NCBI GenBank assembly: GCA_000025185.1
Contig: CP001848.1
Span: 600,001 to 632,000, forward strand
Direction of reading: 5' to 3'
Length of the DNA: 32,000 bases
Origin: Pirellula staleyi DSM 6068
GTDB taxonomy: Bacteria; Planctomycetota; Planctomycetia; Pirellulales; Pirellulaceae
Position 1 is the stretch's first letter. Each line of letters starts with the position of its first letter. This document shows, one piece after another, positions 9,492-18,682 of the stretch. Under the pieces are notes generated by a model that searched no databases, was not told the DNA's origin, and saw nothing but the letters and a program-made list of their open reading frames with translations. A program made the translations under genes and the position numbers.

Positions 9492-9508
9492 TGTTCAGTT
9501 ACTGGACA
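9492..9508. promoter_or_regulatory. Candidate LexA operator: imperfect palindrome TGTTCAGT-T-ACTGGACA
   Basis: Seven of 8 arm positions pair. It lies 91-107 bp upstream of the preferred lexA start. A second TGTTCA occurs at 9473-9478. No other SOS gene is in the window to corroborate the motif. Confidence 0.25.
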
Positions 9509-9791
9509 AATTTCTTCAGTTTCTGACCATACGTGTCCTCTGCCTCTGTTTCTCTAGGGGATTTGCACAAACTTTTCCTAGCCAGGCCTCGTTTTTTGCC
9601 TCGGTTCGATGGTGTTACTGTACACCTATTATCTATGGCGCGTCTGCGTCCCTTTTCAGCACCACTCGCTCGCCCCGTTGCCAGATCTGCCCCTGTGAAG
9701 GAACATTGGCAGGTAACTTTGGCACCCGAGAGCGTGTCTCTCCCGATCTACTGGCCACGCAACGCTGTCGCCGCCGTGCGAGGAACCTCCA

Positions 9792-10286
9792 ATGACCGAA
9801 ACACCGCCCCCCTTGGTGGGTGTGATTATGGGAAGCAAGTCGGACTGGGAAACGATGCGCTATGCCGCTGCGATTCTCGAAGAGTTCGGCGTGCCTCACG
9901 AGTGCCGCGTTGTTTCAGCACATCGCACCCCCCAGCTGATGGCGGACTATGCTACTGCTGCTCAGTCGCGTGGCATTCGCGTGATCATCGCGGGTGCTGG
10001 TGGAGCTGCTCACTTGCCTGGCATGGTCGCATCGCAAACGGTGCTGCCGGTTCTGGGTGTGCCGGTCCAAAGCAAAGCACTTTCGGGACTCGACTCGCTG
10101 CTATCGATCGTGCAGATGCCGGGCGGAATCCCCGTGGGCACTCTCGCCATTGGTGAAGCGGGGGCTCGCAACGCGGGGCTTCTGGCGATCCGCATCTTGG
10201 CAACCACCGACGATCTCCTCCGCGCGAAGCTCGAAAAATTCCATACCGACATGACCCATAAAGTTTTGGGAGATACCCTTCCGTGA
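9792..10286 (+). CDS. purE: N5-carboxyaminoimidazole ribonucleotide mutase
   Basis: 164 aa: [14 protein letters not shown]...VVSAHRTP...[16 protein letters not shown]...VLGVPV...[17 protein letters not shown]. Confidence 0.95.
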   Translation: MTETPPPLVGVIMGSKSDWETMRYAAAILEEFGVPHECRVVSAHRTPQLMADYATAAQSRGIRVIIAGAGGAAHLPGMVASQTVLPVLGVPVQSKALSGLDSLLSIVQMPGGIPVGTLAIGEAGARNAGLLAIRILATTDDLLRAKLEKFHTDMTHKVLGDTLP

Positions 10287-11422
10287 CCTCTCCGATTCTG
10301 CCCGGTAGTACCCTTGGTGTGCTCGGAAGTGGTCAGCTCGGTCGCATGTTCGCCATTGCGGCGCGGCGACTAGGTTACCGCGTGCATGTCCTCTCGCCCG
10401 ACGACGATACTCCCACGGGACAAGTCGCCGATGTGGAGTTTCGCGCATCGTATGACGATCTCGACGCAATCGAAAGTTTTGCGCGAGGAGTGAGCGTGGT
10501 GACATTCGAGTTCGAGAATGTACCTGCTGCCACCACAGCCGCTGCGGAAAAATATGCGCCGGTTCGTCCGAGTGGTGAAGTGCTTCACACGACTCAAAAT
10601 CGGTTGCGCGAAAAGTCGTTCCTCAAGCAGTCGGGCATTCCCGTCACGCCATTTGCGCCGGTCCGGTCGCTCGCCGATCTTTATGCTGCAGCCGACTTGC
10701 TGGGCGTTCCCGGTGTCCTCAAAACAGCCGACTGGGGCTACGACGGCAAAGGCCAAGCGAAGATTTTTGCGAAGGATGAGATTGCGAACGTCTGGCCCAA
10801 GTTCGAGTCGGGGGAAGCGATCTATGAATCGCTAATCGACTTCGACTGTGAAGTTTCTGTCGTTGGAGCGCGCGGCGTAGCAGGAGATTTCGTCGCCTAC
10901 GGGCCGATCCTCAACACCCACGCCAATCACATTCTCGATCTGTCGATCTGCCCTGCTCCGATCGATCCCACAGTTGCCACCGAAGCGATCAAAATCACTC
11001 GCGAGATTTTCGATCGATTAAAAGTGGTGGGTGTGCTGTGCGTCGAGTTCTTTCTCGACAAGAGTGGCCGCTTGATGGTGAACGAACTGGCGCCACGACC
11101 TCATAATTCGGGGCATCTGACGATCGATGCTTTCTCGACCTGTCAGTTCGAGCAGCAGGTGCGTGCGGTGTGTGGATTGCCACTCGGCTGCACGCGTCAG
11201 CATCGCCCCGCAGCGATGGCCAACTTGCTCGGCGATGTCTGGGCCGCTGGCACACCGCGCTGGGATTTGCTGCTCGCCGAGGAAGAAGTGAAGCTACATC
11301 TGTATGGCAAGTTTCAGCCCCGCGCTGGACGCAAGATGGGGCACCTCACCGCCTTGGCCGACACGCCCGAAGCCGCCGCCCACGCCGCCCGCCACGCGCG
11401 TGATTTGCTGGTGGGGAAGTAG
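10283..11422 (+). CDS. purK: N5-carboxyaminoimidazole ribonucleotide synthase (ATP-grasp)
   Basis: 379 aa: [17 protein letters not shown]...TFEFENV...GYDGKGQ...[12 protein letters not shown]...GRKMGH. The GTG start overlaps the purE stop (GTGA). Confidence 0.95.
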   Translation: MTSPILPGSTLGVLGSGQLGRMFAIAARRLGYRVHVLSPDDDTPTGQVADVEFRASYDDLDAIESFARGVSVVTFEFENVPAATTAAAEKYAPVRPSGEVLHTTQNRLREKSFLKQSGIPVTPFAPVRSLADLYAAADLLGVPGVLKTADWGYDGKGQAKIFAKDEIANVWPKFESGEAIYESLIDFDCEVSVVGARGVAGDFVAYGPILNTHANHILDLSICPAPIDPTVATEAIKITREIFDRLKVVGVLCVEFFLDKSGRLMVNELAPRPHNSGHLTIDAFSTCQFEQQVRAVCGLPLGCTRQHRPAAMANLLGDVWAAGTPRWDLLLAEEEVKLHLYGKFQPRAGRKMGHLTALADTPEAAAHAARHARDLLVGK

Positions 11423-11617
11423 TTTGCAGGTCCGGTTCCACTGGACATCAGATAGTGGCAAGAAGGTCTTGGCCGGTATAGATGGCCCTAAGGACTGACG
11501 AATGCAATTCGTGGCGGATGCCCTGAGCGTTCGATACACTATACTCCGCTGGGAAGATTAGGGAGTCAGCAAAAGATACTGCGGCAAAGACGTTAAATTG
11601 ATGGAATTGTTCCAGAC

Positions 11618-12160
11618 ATGAGTGTACCTCCGCGCCACCTCGCGCTGAATCTGCGAACGATATTCCTAGTTACCACACTAGTTGCTATTGCGCTAATTCC
11701 GTTCGCGCATCGACCGACTAAAAGAGTAGATTTCGATCCTAGCTTGGTTTTTATCAAACAAAAACACGGCGAACTACCTGGGGTGTACGAAACAACCGTT
11801 CACTTTGAGAAACATTACCAAGAGTTCTATCGTGATTATGAGCCCTTCGGTGACCTTGACGAGTTCATGGCTTCTTCGGATTTAGGGCTAAGCGTTCGAT
11901 TTAGCTCGCGGGACAAGAGCAAATTACCTATCCCTGAACAAGCCCTGAAAAACTATGAATCTCTGTTAAAGATCATTGGACATGACGAGATCGAGTTCGT
12001 GAAGTGGATGGACCCAAAGTCAGATTTCTGGTCCCAAGCTCCTGCTGAAGAGCATATAGACCGACTGCGAGACTGGCATCAGATACGGCGATCTCTTTCA
12101 CCTTCTCACAAGCCGTCACTTTCTGCCTCCGACCGCAAAAAGTATTCATTGCTACAATGA
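11618..12160 (+). CDS. Hypothetical N-terminally membrane-anchored protein
   Basis: 180-aa ORF. The N-terminus ...LNLRTIFLVTTLVAIALIPF resembles the hydrophobic N-terminal motif common in planctomycete hypotheticals. No recognisable domain. The local sequence is visibly AT-richer. Confidence 0.5.
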   Translation: MSVPPRHLALNLRTIFLVTTLVAIALIPFAHRPTKRVDFDPSLVFIKQKHGELPGVYETTVHFEKHYQEFYRDYEPFGDLDEFMASSDLGLSVRFSSRDKSKLPIPEQALKNYESLLKIIGHDEIEFVKWMDPKSDFWSQAPAEEHIDRLRDWHQIRRSLSPSHKPSLSASDRKKYSLLQ

Positions 12161-12276
12161 CTATTCGTGACGTTCAATCTTCACACCTGACCATCAGAAT
12201 CGGCGAGAATTCTTCGACTGTGCAGCCGGCAATCTACTGATGTCGTGTTTTGAGTCGCACTTGCGTAATCACCGCT

Positions 12277-13122
12277 TTATTCAGGTTTCTCGTTCGAAAG
12301 CTTGAAGTCATAGAGCACGACTTCTTCGACAGCGGTGTCAAAGTCCCAGCACTTGAGGAAGGTGCTCTTAGCTGCAAGCGATGGCGCCTCTTCGGACAAC
12401 TCGAAAAACAGACTACTCCCTTTCTGCCGCACAAGTGCACGAAAGTAAAGTGTGCTGTCGAAGTTGTTCACCACCGAAAGAAATGGTCGCGTTGCCCCTT
12501 CTCGCGGCGGTGGGAACGGCGATGCTGATGTCAATTCCAGCTTCATCACAACCGTCGCCTGATGGTCGTCGGCTACCTTCGACTTGGCAGGCTGCAGAAG
12601 TCGATTCCCTTCACGATGGAACTCGGTAATCAGCTCGTCTCCAAGCTGAATGCTCACCTTGTCCTTGATCGTCGCTGGATCAATGGCTGGAACCGTCACG
12701 AGATGCGTATAGAAAACTTTGCCATCCTCATCGCGGAGGATAACCTTGTCGCCAAACTCCACCGACAAATCGTTAGTACCTTTGACGATCTTGGAGATCT
12801 CTTTCGTCCAGAGATTCTTCGACGCGTCAAACAAATACACGAAGACAAAACAGCCCTTCACTCCGGAAAACGGAGAGTGCCAGGCGACGAAGACTTGGAT
12901 CTCGTCGGTCTTGAACTGCGCCGTGCGAACGTTTGGTGGGTCGACGACACCCATGAGGTCGCGGTGATGCGCCTCCACAGCTTTCACAATCTCGGCCGTC
13001 GTCTTCACTTCTTTGGGAACGGAGGATTGCTCTTGCAGCGAATCATTCTCCGCAGCCCCAACCGAGAGCGGCAGTGCGAGGAGCCCGATAGCAACTGCAA
13101 CGCGAATCGAAAACATGAACAT
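12277..13122 (-). CDS. Hypothetical secreted protein
   Basis: Track ORF 12277..13164. The likely start is ATG 13122, giving the signal peptide MFMFSIRVAVAIGLLALPLSVGAAEND. The opposite-strand 204-aa ORF (12562..13176) is Arg-rich, as expected for an antisense shadow ORF. Confidence 0.6.
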   Translation of the reverse strand: MFMFSIRVAVAIGLLALPLSVGAAENDSLQEQSSVPKEVKTTAEIVKAVEAHHRDLMGVVDPPNVRTAQFKTDEIQVFVAWHSPFSGVKGCFVFVYLFDASKNLWTKEISKIVKGTNDLSVEFGDKVILRDEDGKVFYTHLVTVPAIDPATIKDKVSIQLGDELITEFHREGNRLLQPAKSKVADDHQATVVMKLELTSASPFPPPREGATRPFLSVVNNFDSTLYFRALVRQKGSSLFFELSEEAPSLAAKSTFLKCWDFDTAVEEVVLYDFKLSNEKPE

Positions 13123-13263
13123 GACTTGACCCTCGCGAAAAATGACAGTGCACGACGCTGTCAATCATACGCATAGCATCGGCAGACTGATGCATTGATC
13201 GTGTATCAGTTCCGTAACATCGCGCTGAGCGGGCTCTAGCGTTTGATACGTCGCTATAGGCTC

Positions 13264-13286
13264 GGCTGGTGGAACCGGCCCTACAA
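13264..13286 (-). repeat. Post-stop hairpin repeat, copy A (transcript sense TTGTAGGGCCGGTTCCACCAGCC)
   Basis: It starts 25 nt downstream of the stop of the 13311..13814 gene. About 24 of 28 aligned positions match copy B. GGCCGG/CCAGCC forms a 6-bp stem with one mismatch. Confidence 0.5.
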
Positions 13287-13310
13287 GTGATCGGCATCTA
13301 TCTACCGAAA

Positions 13311-13814
13311 TCACTCGATTCCCTTGGGCAGTTCGACCTTGGCGTCCTTCAGGACTTTGTTGAAGGTGTCGCGGGGGGAATCGGTGTGAATGAAGCCTTC
13401 GGTAGGCTTGCCGTCGATGAAGACCTTGCTGCTATAGCACTGAAAACAGATAACGATGTCGATGGTTTTTCCTGTGTGCGAAAGACGAATGCCATGTCGG
13501 GGCATAAAGCAGGCGGCGACAATGCCATCGGTGTTGTCGGCGACTCCTTTCTGAAGTGCTGCGACGAGCGAGGCACGCGTTTTGGCGTCGTCGATAGAAG
13601 TCTTCCCTAAGATCTTCCAACCTTGAAAATTGGTATCGTGGGGTTTGTCTTCGACGTTGGGATTGAGGGAATAGAGCTCGAATGTTTTCGATTCCTGCAG
13701 TGCCTTCGCCACGCTGGCAGGAATTTTTGGCTCTGCTGCACATGCGGGAAGTGCCACTGCTCCAAGTACCAACATAAGGAAAGCAGCGAGGAGTGTTGGA
13801 AGGATTCGATTCAT
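13311..13814 (-). CDS. Hypothetical secreted protein
   Basis: Track ORF 13311..13871. The likely start is ATG 13814, giving the signal peptide MNRILPTLLAAFLMLVLGAVALPACAAEP. Contains ACFMPRHGIR...ICFQCY. No family recognised. Confidence 0.6.
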   Translation of the reverse strand: MNRILPTLLAAFLMLVLGAVALPACAAEPKIPASVAKALQESKTFELYSLNPNVEDKPHDTNFQGWKILGKTSIDDAKTRASLVAALQKGVADNTDGIVAACFMPRHGIRLSHTGKTIDIVICFQCYSSKVFIDGKPTEGFIHTDSPRDTFNKVLKDAKVELPKGIE

Positions 13815-13874
13815 GATGACACCAGACTTTGTGTAGGGGCAGAAGCATCGGCTGAGGAAGCTCGGTTCCAATAT

Positions 13875-13899
13875 GGCCGGAGGAAACCGGCCCTACGAA
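13875..13899 (-). repeat. Post-stop hairpin repeat, copy B (transcript sense TTCGTAGGGCCGGTTTCCTCCGGCC)
   Basis: It starts 5 nt downstream of the stop (13904-13906) of the 1006-aa gene. It has a perfect 6-bp stem GGCCGG/CCGGCC with loop TTTCCT and no U-tract. Confidence 0.5.
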
Positions 13900-13903
13900 T
13901 CGA

Positions 13904-16900
13904 CTATTTCTTTCCACGGCCGCTGATGTAAGCGATCAGGTCGCGGACTTCGTCGGACGAGAGCGTTTGCAAAAGCCCCTCGGGCATCAGCGAAACATTC
14001 TGCTGTGTGGATTGCGAAATCGAATCGCGCTCGATAATCAGCCGCTCTTTCTGTGTTTGAAGTGCGACCGTTTTATCGGACTCCGGAATCACCACACCGG
14101 TGACAACGCGACCATCGTCGAGCAGCAGAACCGACATCTTGAAGTCGGCGATCACGGTGCTGCTGGGGTCGACAATGTTCTCGAGTAAGTAGTCGAGATT
14201 GTGCCGATTTCCACCCGTGAGATCGGGTCCGATTCGACCACCTTCACCAAACAGCGTGTGACAATTGGCGCACTGTTTTTGGTACACCACACGTCCGCGC
14301 GAGGCGTCGGCGCTGCTCAAAGACTCGTCGGTCAGCGAGGTTTTAAGGGAAGCGATGAGTGCCTTCTTTTCGGCAGACGATTCGCGCGTTTCACCCCACA
14401 CTTTCGTGAGCGTTTCGATCAGTTTTTCATCGCCGAGCGAGCGAATCTGACGGGCATGAAACGCAGTGACTTGCGTCCGAGCAATCCAGCCTTTGCTCAC
14501 TGCCAAGAGCAAATGCTCGGCCCAGGCGGGTCGCGCGCAAAAGGTGTTGATCGCTTCCTCTTGAGCTTCGGGACGAAGTTTCGAGAAGGCGGCAGTGAGT
14601 CGATCGGCGGTCTCGGGCTGATCGTAGTAGGCAAGTCCTCGGACTGCTTCGACCGACAAGATGCGATCGCCAATCCAGTTGAGCAGCAGCGGCGCGATTT
14701 CCTTATTCTTACTTTCGACAAGAGCGCGCACTGCTTCGCGGCGCGCTTGGGGATCGGCACCATCGTCGCGAGCAATTTTGAGGAGCTCGTCTTGTGCACG
14801 ACCGTCGCCGAACACCATCGCAAGCTCGCGCGCGAGCCGCTTGATGTTCTCGTCGGGGCTCGACGACAGTTTTGTGCTCACTTCGCTCCAGTTCGCAGGA
14901 ACCGGTGCTTTTCGCCAACCTTTGAGTGCATCGGTCATCCCTTCGAGCAGCACGGTTTGCTGTTCGGGATAAGGCGAGGCGCCGATGGCGATCACGAGTT
15001 CATTCACAGCGGCTGGCGAGCGCTCGAGCTCGCTCGTGACGCGTCGCGCAATGTACTTCGAAAGTTTAGGAATGCGTGTGGCAATCGCGATTTTCACACC
15101 ACGCGAAAGATCACTCGCCACAGCCGATTCGGCGGCATACCAGATCATGAGTGGCTGCGTGATGTCGCTGGCATCTTCGCTGCGCATCGCTAGGGATTCG
15201 ACGATTCCCCAGCGATCTTTGGGGGGCAATTTCGTCGCAGCTGACGCAAGAAACGAGCGGACAAGTCCACCCCGATCATGCCGCGCCAACTCCACCAAAT
15301 GCTGCAAATGCGCGGGCTCGATTTGGCGATCGTCGACCAGCATTTGAATAGCCGCGACACGCATCGGCTCCAGCGGATGCAGTAGCTGTTTGTCGATTTC
15401 CTCGTCGCTGATTTTGCCGAGCGTGAAGAGCGTTTGCATCGCGCGCAGTTGATGCCGGTAGTCACCACTCTGGGCCAGAATTTTCATCAGTCCTGGAACA
15501 GCATCGCTGCTTAACCGATCGGTCAACAATTTCTCGCGCAGCACGCGTCGCGCTTGTCGCGCGTACCACTCGTTGGGATGCTCGTGGTAAGCCACCAGTT
15601 CGGCATCGGTCGCTTTGGCCAAATCGAAGTTCGCCGGAAGTACAGGAACTTTCGATGCGGCGGGACCTTCGTACTGAATCTGAAAAATGCGTCCACTCGT
15701 GCGATGGATTCCATCGTTCTCGTGACACTCGCCGGTGTCGGACCAGTCGGCGATGTAGAGTTCACCACGTGGACCATAGACGAGTTCGATACCACGAAAC
15801 CAAGGGTCGCCACTCTTGAAAACATCGGGCTCGTGACGACCGACGTAACCACAGCCGACACGCTCGAGGCGTTCGACATTCGCGCGACGTCCGTGGAAGT
15901 TCATCGTGAAGAGCTGATTGTGATACTGGGGCGGAAACATTCCCCCCTGATAGATCATCATGCCGCAATGAGCATGCCCGCCCCCAAGTCGATCGGTCTC
16001 GCCCGTGGCGCTTCGTTCTTCATGCCACTGTTTTTTAGTGTCCCAGTGATAGTGGTCGGCGCAGGTGTCGATACGCTCGTAGACATGCGGGGCAAAATCA
16101 CTGCCGTACATCCGTCGATAGTTGGCTCCTGGCACCACATGAAACAGGTGGCCAATCACGGTGTTAATGAAGAACAGCTGACCATCTTGATCCCAGTCGT
16201 GTCCCCAGGGATTGGTCGTGCCGTGGCACACCACTTCGAACTTTTCGGTGATCGGATGATAGCGCCAAATACAGCAGTTGATGGGCGTTCGCTGCGATGC
16301 TGTGGCACCTGGCACACCCACTAGCGAGGTCGCTTGAATGCCATGACGACCATAGATCCAGCCATCGGGACCAAATGAAAGTCCGTTGGCGATATTGTGT
16401 CGCACCGAGTCGTTATCGAAGCCATCGAGCTTCACGACCGGCGGACCATCGGGCACATCATCGCGATTGGCATCGGGGACAAAAATTAGCTGCGGAGCGC
16501 AGAGCATCCAGACGCCACCGAGCCCCGGCAGCGCGCTAGTTAAGTGCGATGCTTGGTCGTAGAACACGGTCCGTTTTTCTGCATAGCCGTCGCGATTCGG
16601 GTCCTCCAAAATCACCACGCGATCGCGCAAGGTTTTGTCGAAGTTCACGTTTCGATCGCTGTAGGTGTAGCACTCGGCGACCCACAATCGACCACGCTCA
16701 TCCATCGACATGCCGATCGGCTGATGAATGGCAGGCTCGGCTGCGAACACCGTGGCGCGAAATCCCTCGGGCATCTCCAGGCGGGCCAACGCTTCTTTGG
16801 CCGTGATCGGGTCCTCGGCATGCGTGTTCTTCAGCTCTTGCTCAGCAGCGGGGAGTTGGACCGTCAGCCCGAGCAGGGCAAGACCACCGACCAAGCCCCG

Positions 16901-16924
16901 TACGACAGAAAAAAATCGATCCAC
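13904..16924 (-). CDS. PVC-type putative membrane-bound dehydrogenase / HEAT-repeat / C-terminal heme-binding (cytochrome c) protein
   Basis: 1006 aa. Signal peptide: MDRFFSVVRGLVGGLALLGLTVQLPAAE. The N-terminal region resembles a beta-propeller glucose/sorbosone dehydrogenase. The central region is helical-repeat. The C-terminus reads YQKQCANCHTLFGEGGRIGPDLTG ... LMPEGL. This architecture is characteristic of Planctomycetes and Verrucomicrobia. Confidence 0.85.
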   Translation of the reverse strand: MDRFFSVVRGLVGGLALLGLTVQLPAAEQELKNTHAEDPITAKEALARLEMPEGFRATVFAAEPAIHQPIGMSMDERGRLWVAECYTYSDRNVNFDKTLRDRVVILEDPNRDGYAEKRTVFYDQASHLTSALPGLGGVWMLCAPQLIFVPDANRDDVPDGPPVVKLDGFDNDSVRHNIANGLSFGPDGWIYGRHGIQATSLVGVPGATASQRTPINCCIWRYHPITEKFEVVCHGTTNPWGHDWDQDGQLFFINTVIGHLFHVVPGANYRRMYGSDFAPHVYERIDTCADHYHWDTKKQWHEERSATGETDRLGGGHAHCGMMIYQGGMFPPQYHNQLFTMNFHGRRANVERLERVGCGYVGRHEPDVFKSGDPWFRGIELVYGPRGELYIADWSDTGECHENDGIHRTSGRIFQIQYEGPAASKVPVLPANFDLAKATDAELVAYHEHPNEWYARQARRVLREKLLTDRLSSDAVPGLMKILAQSGDYRHQLRAMQTLFTLGKISDEEIDKQLLHPLEPMRVAAIQMLVDDRQIEPAHLQHLVELARHDRGGLVRSFLASAATKLPPKDRWGIVESLAMRSEDASDITQPLMIWYAAESAVASDLSRGVKIAIATRIPKLSKYIARRVTSELERSPAAVNELVIAIGASPYPEQQTVLLEGMTDALKGWRKAPVPANWSEVSTKLSSSPDENIKRLARELAMVFGDGRAQDELLKIARDDGADPQARREAVRALVESKNKEIAPLLLNWIGDRILSVEAVRGLAYYDQPETADRLTAAFSKLRPEAQEEAINTFCARPAWAEHLLLAVSKGWIARTQVTAFHARQIRSLGDEKLIETLTKVWGETRESSAEKKALIASLKTSLTDESLSSADASRGRVVYQKQCANCHTLFGEGGRIGPDLTGGNRHNLDYLLENIVDPSSTVIADFKMSVLLLDDGRVVTGVVIPESDKTVALQTQKERLIIERDSISQSTQQNVSLMPEGLLQTLSSDEVRDLIAYISGRGKK
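14258..14272 (-). other. Heme c attachment motif CANCH (CxxCH)
   Basis: Plus strand gtg aca att ggc gca reverse-complements to TGC GCC AAT TGT CAC, which encodes C-A-N-C-H. Confidence 0.85.
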
Positions 16925-17179
16925 GTGAACACTTCCTGGAGAGTGAATGGGAAGACGCGAAGCGCCACAAACCTACTCCCTGCGACACGAAAGCTCAAGC
17001 AACTCGCCACTCGTCCTTTGTAATCGACTGTACAGTTCCGCCGAAATGTTTTTCGCAGGGAGTGCTCGTGCCCGACTTTTCCTGCTTCGCGCCGCGCGAC
17101 TCCCGTCCACGACCACGCGCATCACGGTATACTACTTGGCTCTCTATTTCCGCTTCCCCATCGCACTTGAGCACGCCCC

Positions 17180-18031
17180 ATGTCCCACGGCTATCCCGGC
17201 GCCGGTTCGCCTCCTCCTCCGATGAGCCTTCAACCGACAGAAGGTTGGCACTGCAGCCACCTTTACTACAGCTTTAATCGCGCATCGCTCGCGCAGATGT
17301 CGGAAAGCGAAATCCGTTTTGGTCGCGACCAGGTGATCGCTGCCCTCGATCCCGAAGGACCACAGGCGACATCCCGATTACAAACGAGCATCGTCAGCGG
17401 ACACAAAGCCGACTTCGGCCTGATGCTGATGGACGCCGATCCACTCAAGATCGACGCCGTGCATCAATCGCTGATGGCGAGCCAACTTGGCCCAGCCCTG
17501 ACGCTTGGCTATTCGTTTGTCTCGGTCACCGAGATTTCGGAATATGTCCCCTCGGTCGAGCAGTACGGCAAAAAACTCGTCGCCGATGGCGATGCCGAAG
17601 GGAGCCCTGCCTATCAGGCCAAGCTAAAGGCCTATAGCGATCGCTTGCCGATGATGAATCGCCAGCGACTCACTCCTGACATCCCCCCCTATCCTGCCAC
17701 CTGCTTCTACCCCATGAACAAGAAGCGCAAAACGGGGGAAAATTGGTTCACCATGTCGTTTGAAGAGCGCAACAAGATGATGGCCGAACATGCTCGCAGT
17801 GGCATGGCATTCGCCGGCAAAGTCTCGCAACTCATCACGGTCGGCGTTGGTTACGACGACTGGGAATGGGGAGTCACGCTGTGGGCTCGCAACCCTGAAT
17901 ATCTTAAAGATATTGTTTATAAGATGCGTTTTGATGAAGCGAGTGCTCGCTTCGCCGAATTCGGGCCATTCCTCGTGAGCTATATTAAGACCCCCAAGGA
18001 AATGCTCGACCATTGTCATATCGGCTGTTAA
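17180..18031 (+). CDS. hemQ: Chlorite dismutase-family coproheme decarboxylase (HemQ/ChdC)
   Basis: Collinear similarity to Bacillus HemQ as I remember it: EGWHCSHLYY..., CFYPMNKKRKTGENWF, MAEHARSG (proximal His), AGKVSQLITVGVGYDDWEWGVTLWA, VYKMRFDEASARFAEFGPF. ATG 17222 (MSLQPTEGW...) aligns better with known N-termini than 17180. Confidence 0.85.
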   Translation: MSHGYPGAGSPPPPMSLQPTEGWHCSHLYYSFNRASLAQMSESEIRFGRDQVIAALDPEGPQATSRLQTSIVSGHKADFGLMLMDADPLKIDAVHQSLMASQLGPALTLGYSFVSVTEISEYVPSVEQYGKKLVADGDAEGSPAYQAKLKAYSDRLPMMNRQRLTPDIPPYPATCFYPMNKKRKTGENWFTMSFEERNKMMAEHARSGMAFAGKVSQLITVGVGYDDWEWGVTLWARNPEYLKDIVYKMRFDEASARFAEFGPFLVSYIKTPKEMLDHCHIGC

Positions 18032-18113
18032 GCATCTTTGTAGCAGCAGTGCCGACCTAGGTAAGTCACAAGCGATCTCTATCAACCTTCTAGCATCGTC
18101 GGAGTATTGAGGA

Positions 18114-18674
18114 ATGAGTAATCCCTATCTCAAACCCGACGATCCTCGTTTTCAGCCGAAGAGCCCGCACGATGCAGCGGGGAACAATCTGTTTGCCGAC
18201 AACGAGATTGTCTCGGCGCAGCTGGCCGACGGATCAGCGCCCAGCACTGCCGGGTCGAGCACTAGTTCCGGAAACTCAACCCCCGACAATTCCAACCTAT
18301 TTGCAGCGTCTCCAGCAGGAAGCTCTCTCCCCTTTCAGCCCACCTACATTGCGGTGGGCAAGCCTCGCATTCGGATGCTCGTGGTCCTGGTGGGAATCGG
18401 CATCTTCACCGGCGTGATTGCACCGACGCTCTACTTTAATGGCAACAATATCGGCTGGGGAACGATGATTTTGGGGCTGCCGACCACCGTTACAGCGATC
18501 TTCATCGGCTACAGCGACCTGCGTGCAATGCAACTGGGGGCTATGCACAACGATCGCATTGGCATCGTACGATTAATTTTCTACTTTGCCGTCGCCTTCA
18601 CGATCATCATCGCTCTCGAGATCGCGGGGCTGATCTTCGCAGGTATGCAGTTCGCGCCGTTTCTCGACGTTTAA
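18114..18674 (+). CDS. Hypothetical membrane protein (disordered Ser/Pro/Asn-rich N-terminal half, 3-4 TM C-terminal half)
   Basis: 186-aa ORF. GAGGA sits just upstream of the ATG. TM stretches MLVVLVGIGIFTGVIAPTLYF, GTMILGLPTTVTAIFIGY and IFYFAVAFTIIIALEIAGLIFAG. Confidence 0.5.
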   Translation: MSNPYLKPDDPRFQPKSPHDAAGNNLFADNEIVSAQLADGSAPSTAGSSTSSGNSTPDNSNLFAASPAGSSLPFQPTYIAVGKPRIRMLVVLVGIGIFTGVIAPTLYFNGNNIGWGTMILGLPTTVTAIFIGYSDLRAMQLGAMHNDRIGIVRLIFYFAVAFTIIIALEIAGLIFAGMQFAPFLDV

Positions 18675-18682
18675 CGCTCGCC

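Noticed and set aside
9533-10156. 207-aa plus-strand ORF overlapping purE
   Set aside because: It is out of frame with the unmistakable purE reading frame. Its product is Arg/Cys/Ser-rich with no motifs.
14201-16324. Plus-strand ORFs of 330 aa and 256 aa inside the 1006-aa dehydrogenase gene
   Set aside because: They are antisense shadows. The minus-strand frame has a signal peptide, a coherent domain architecture and a CxxCH motif. The plus-strand products are low-complexity and Arg-rich.
17136-17151. Sigma54-like element TTGGCTC-N5-TTCC upstream of hemQ, and similar TGGCAC-containing spots elsewhere (for example near 700, 9737 and 22655)
   Set aside because: All lack the invariant GC of the -12 element at the correct spacing, or lie inside coding sequence. 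None is good enough to call.
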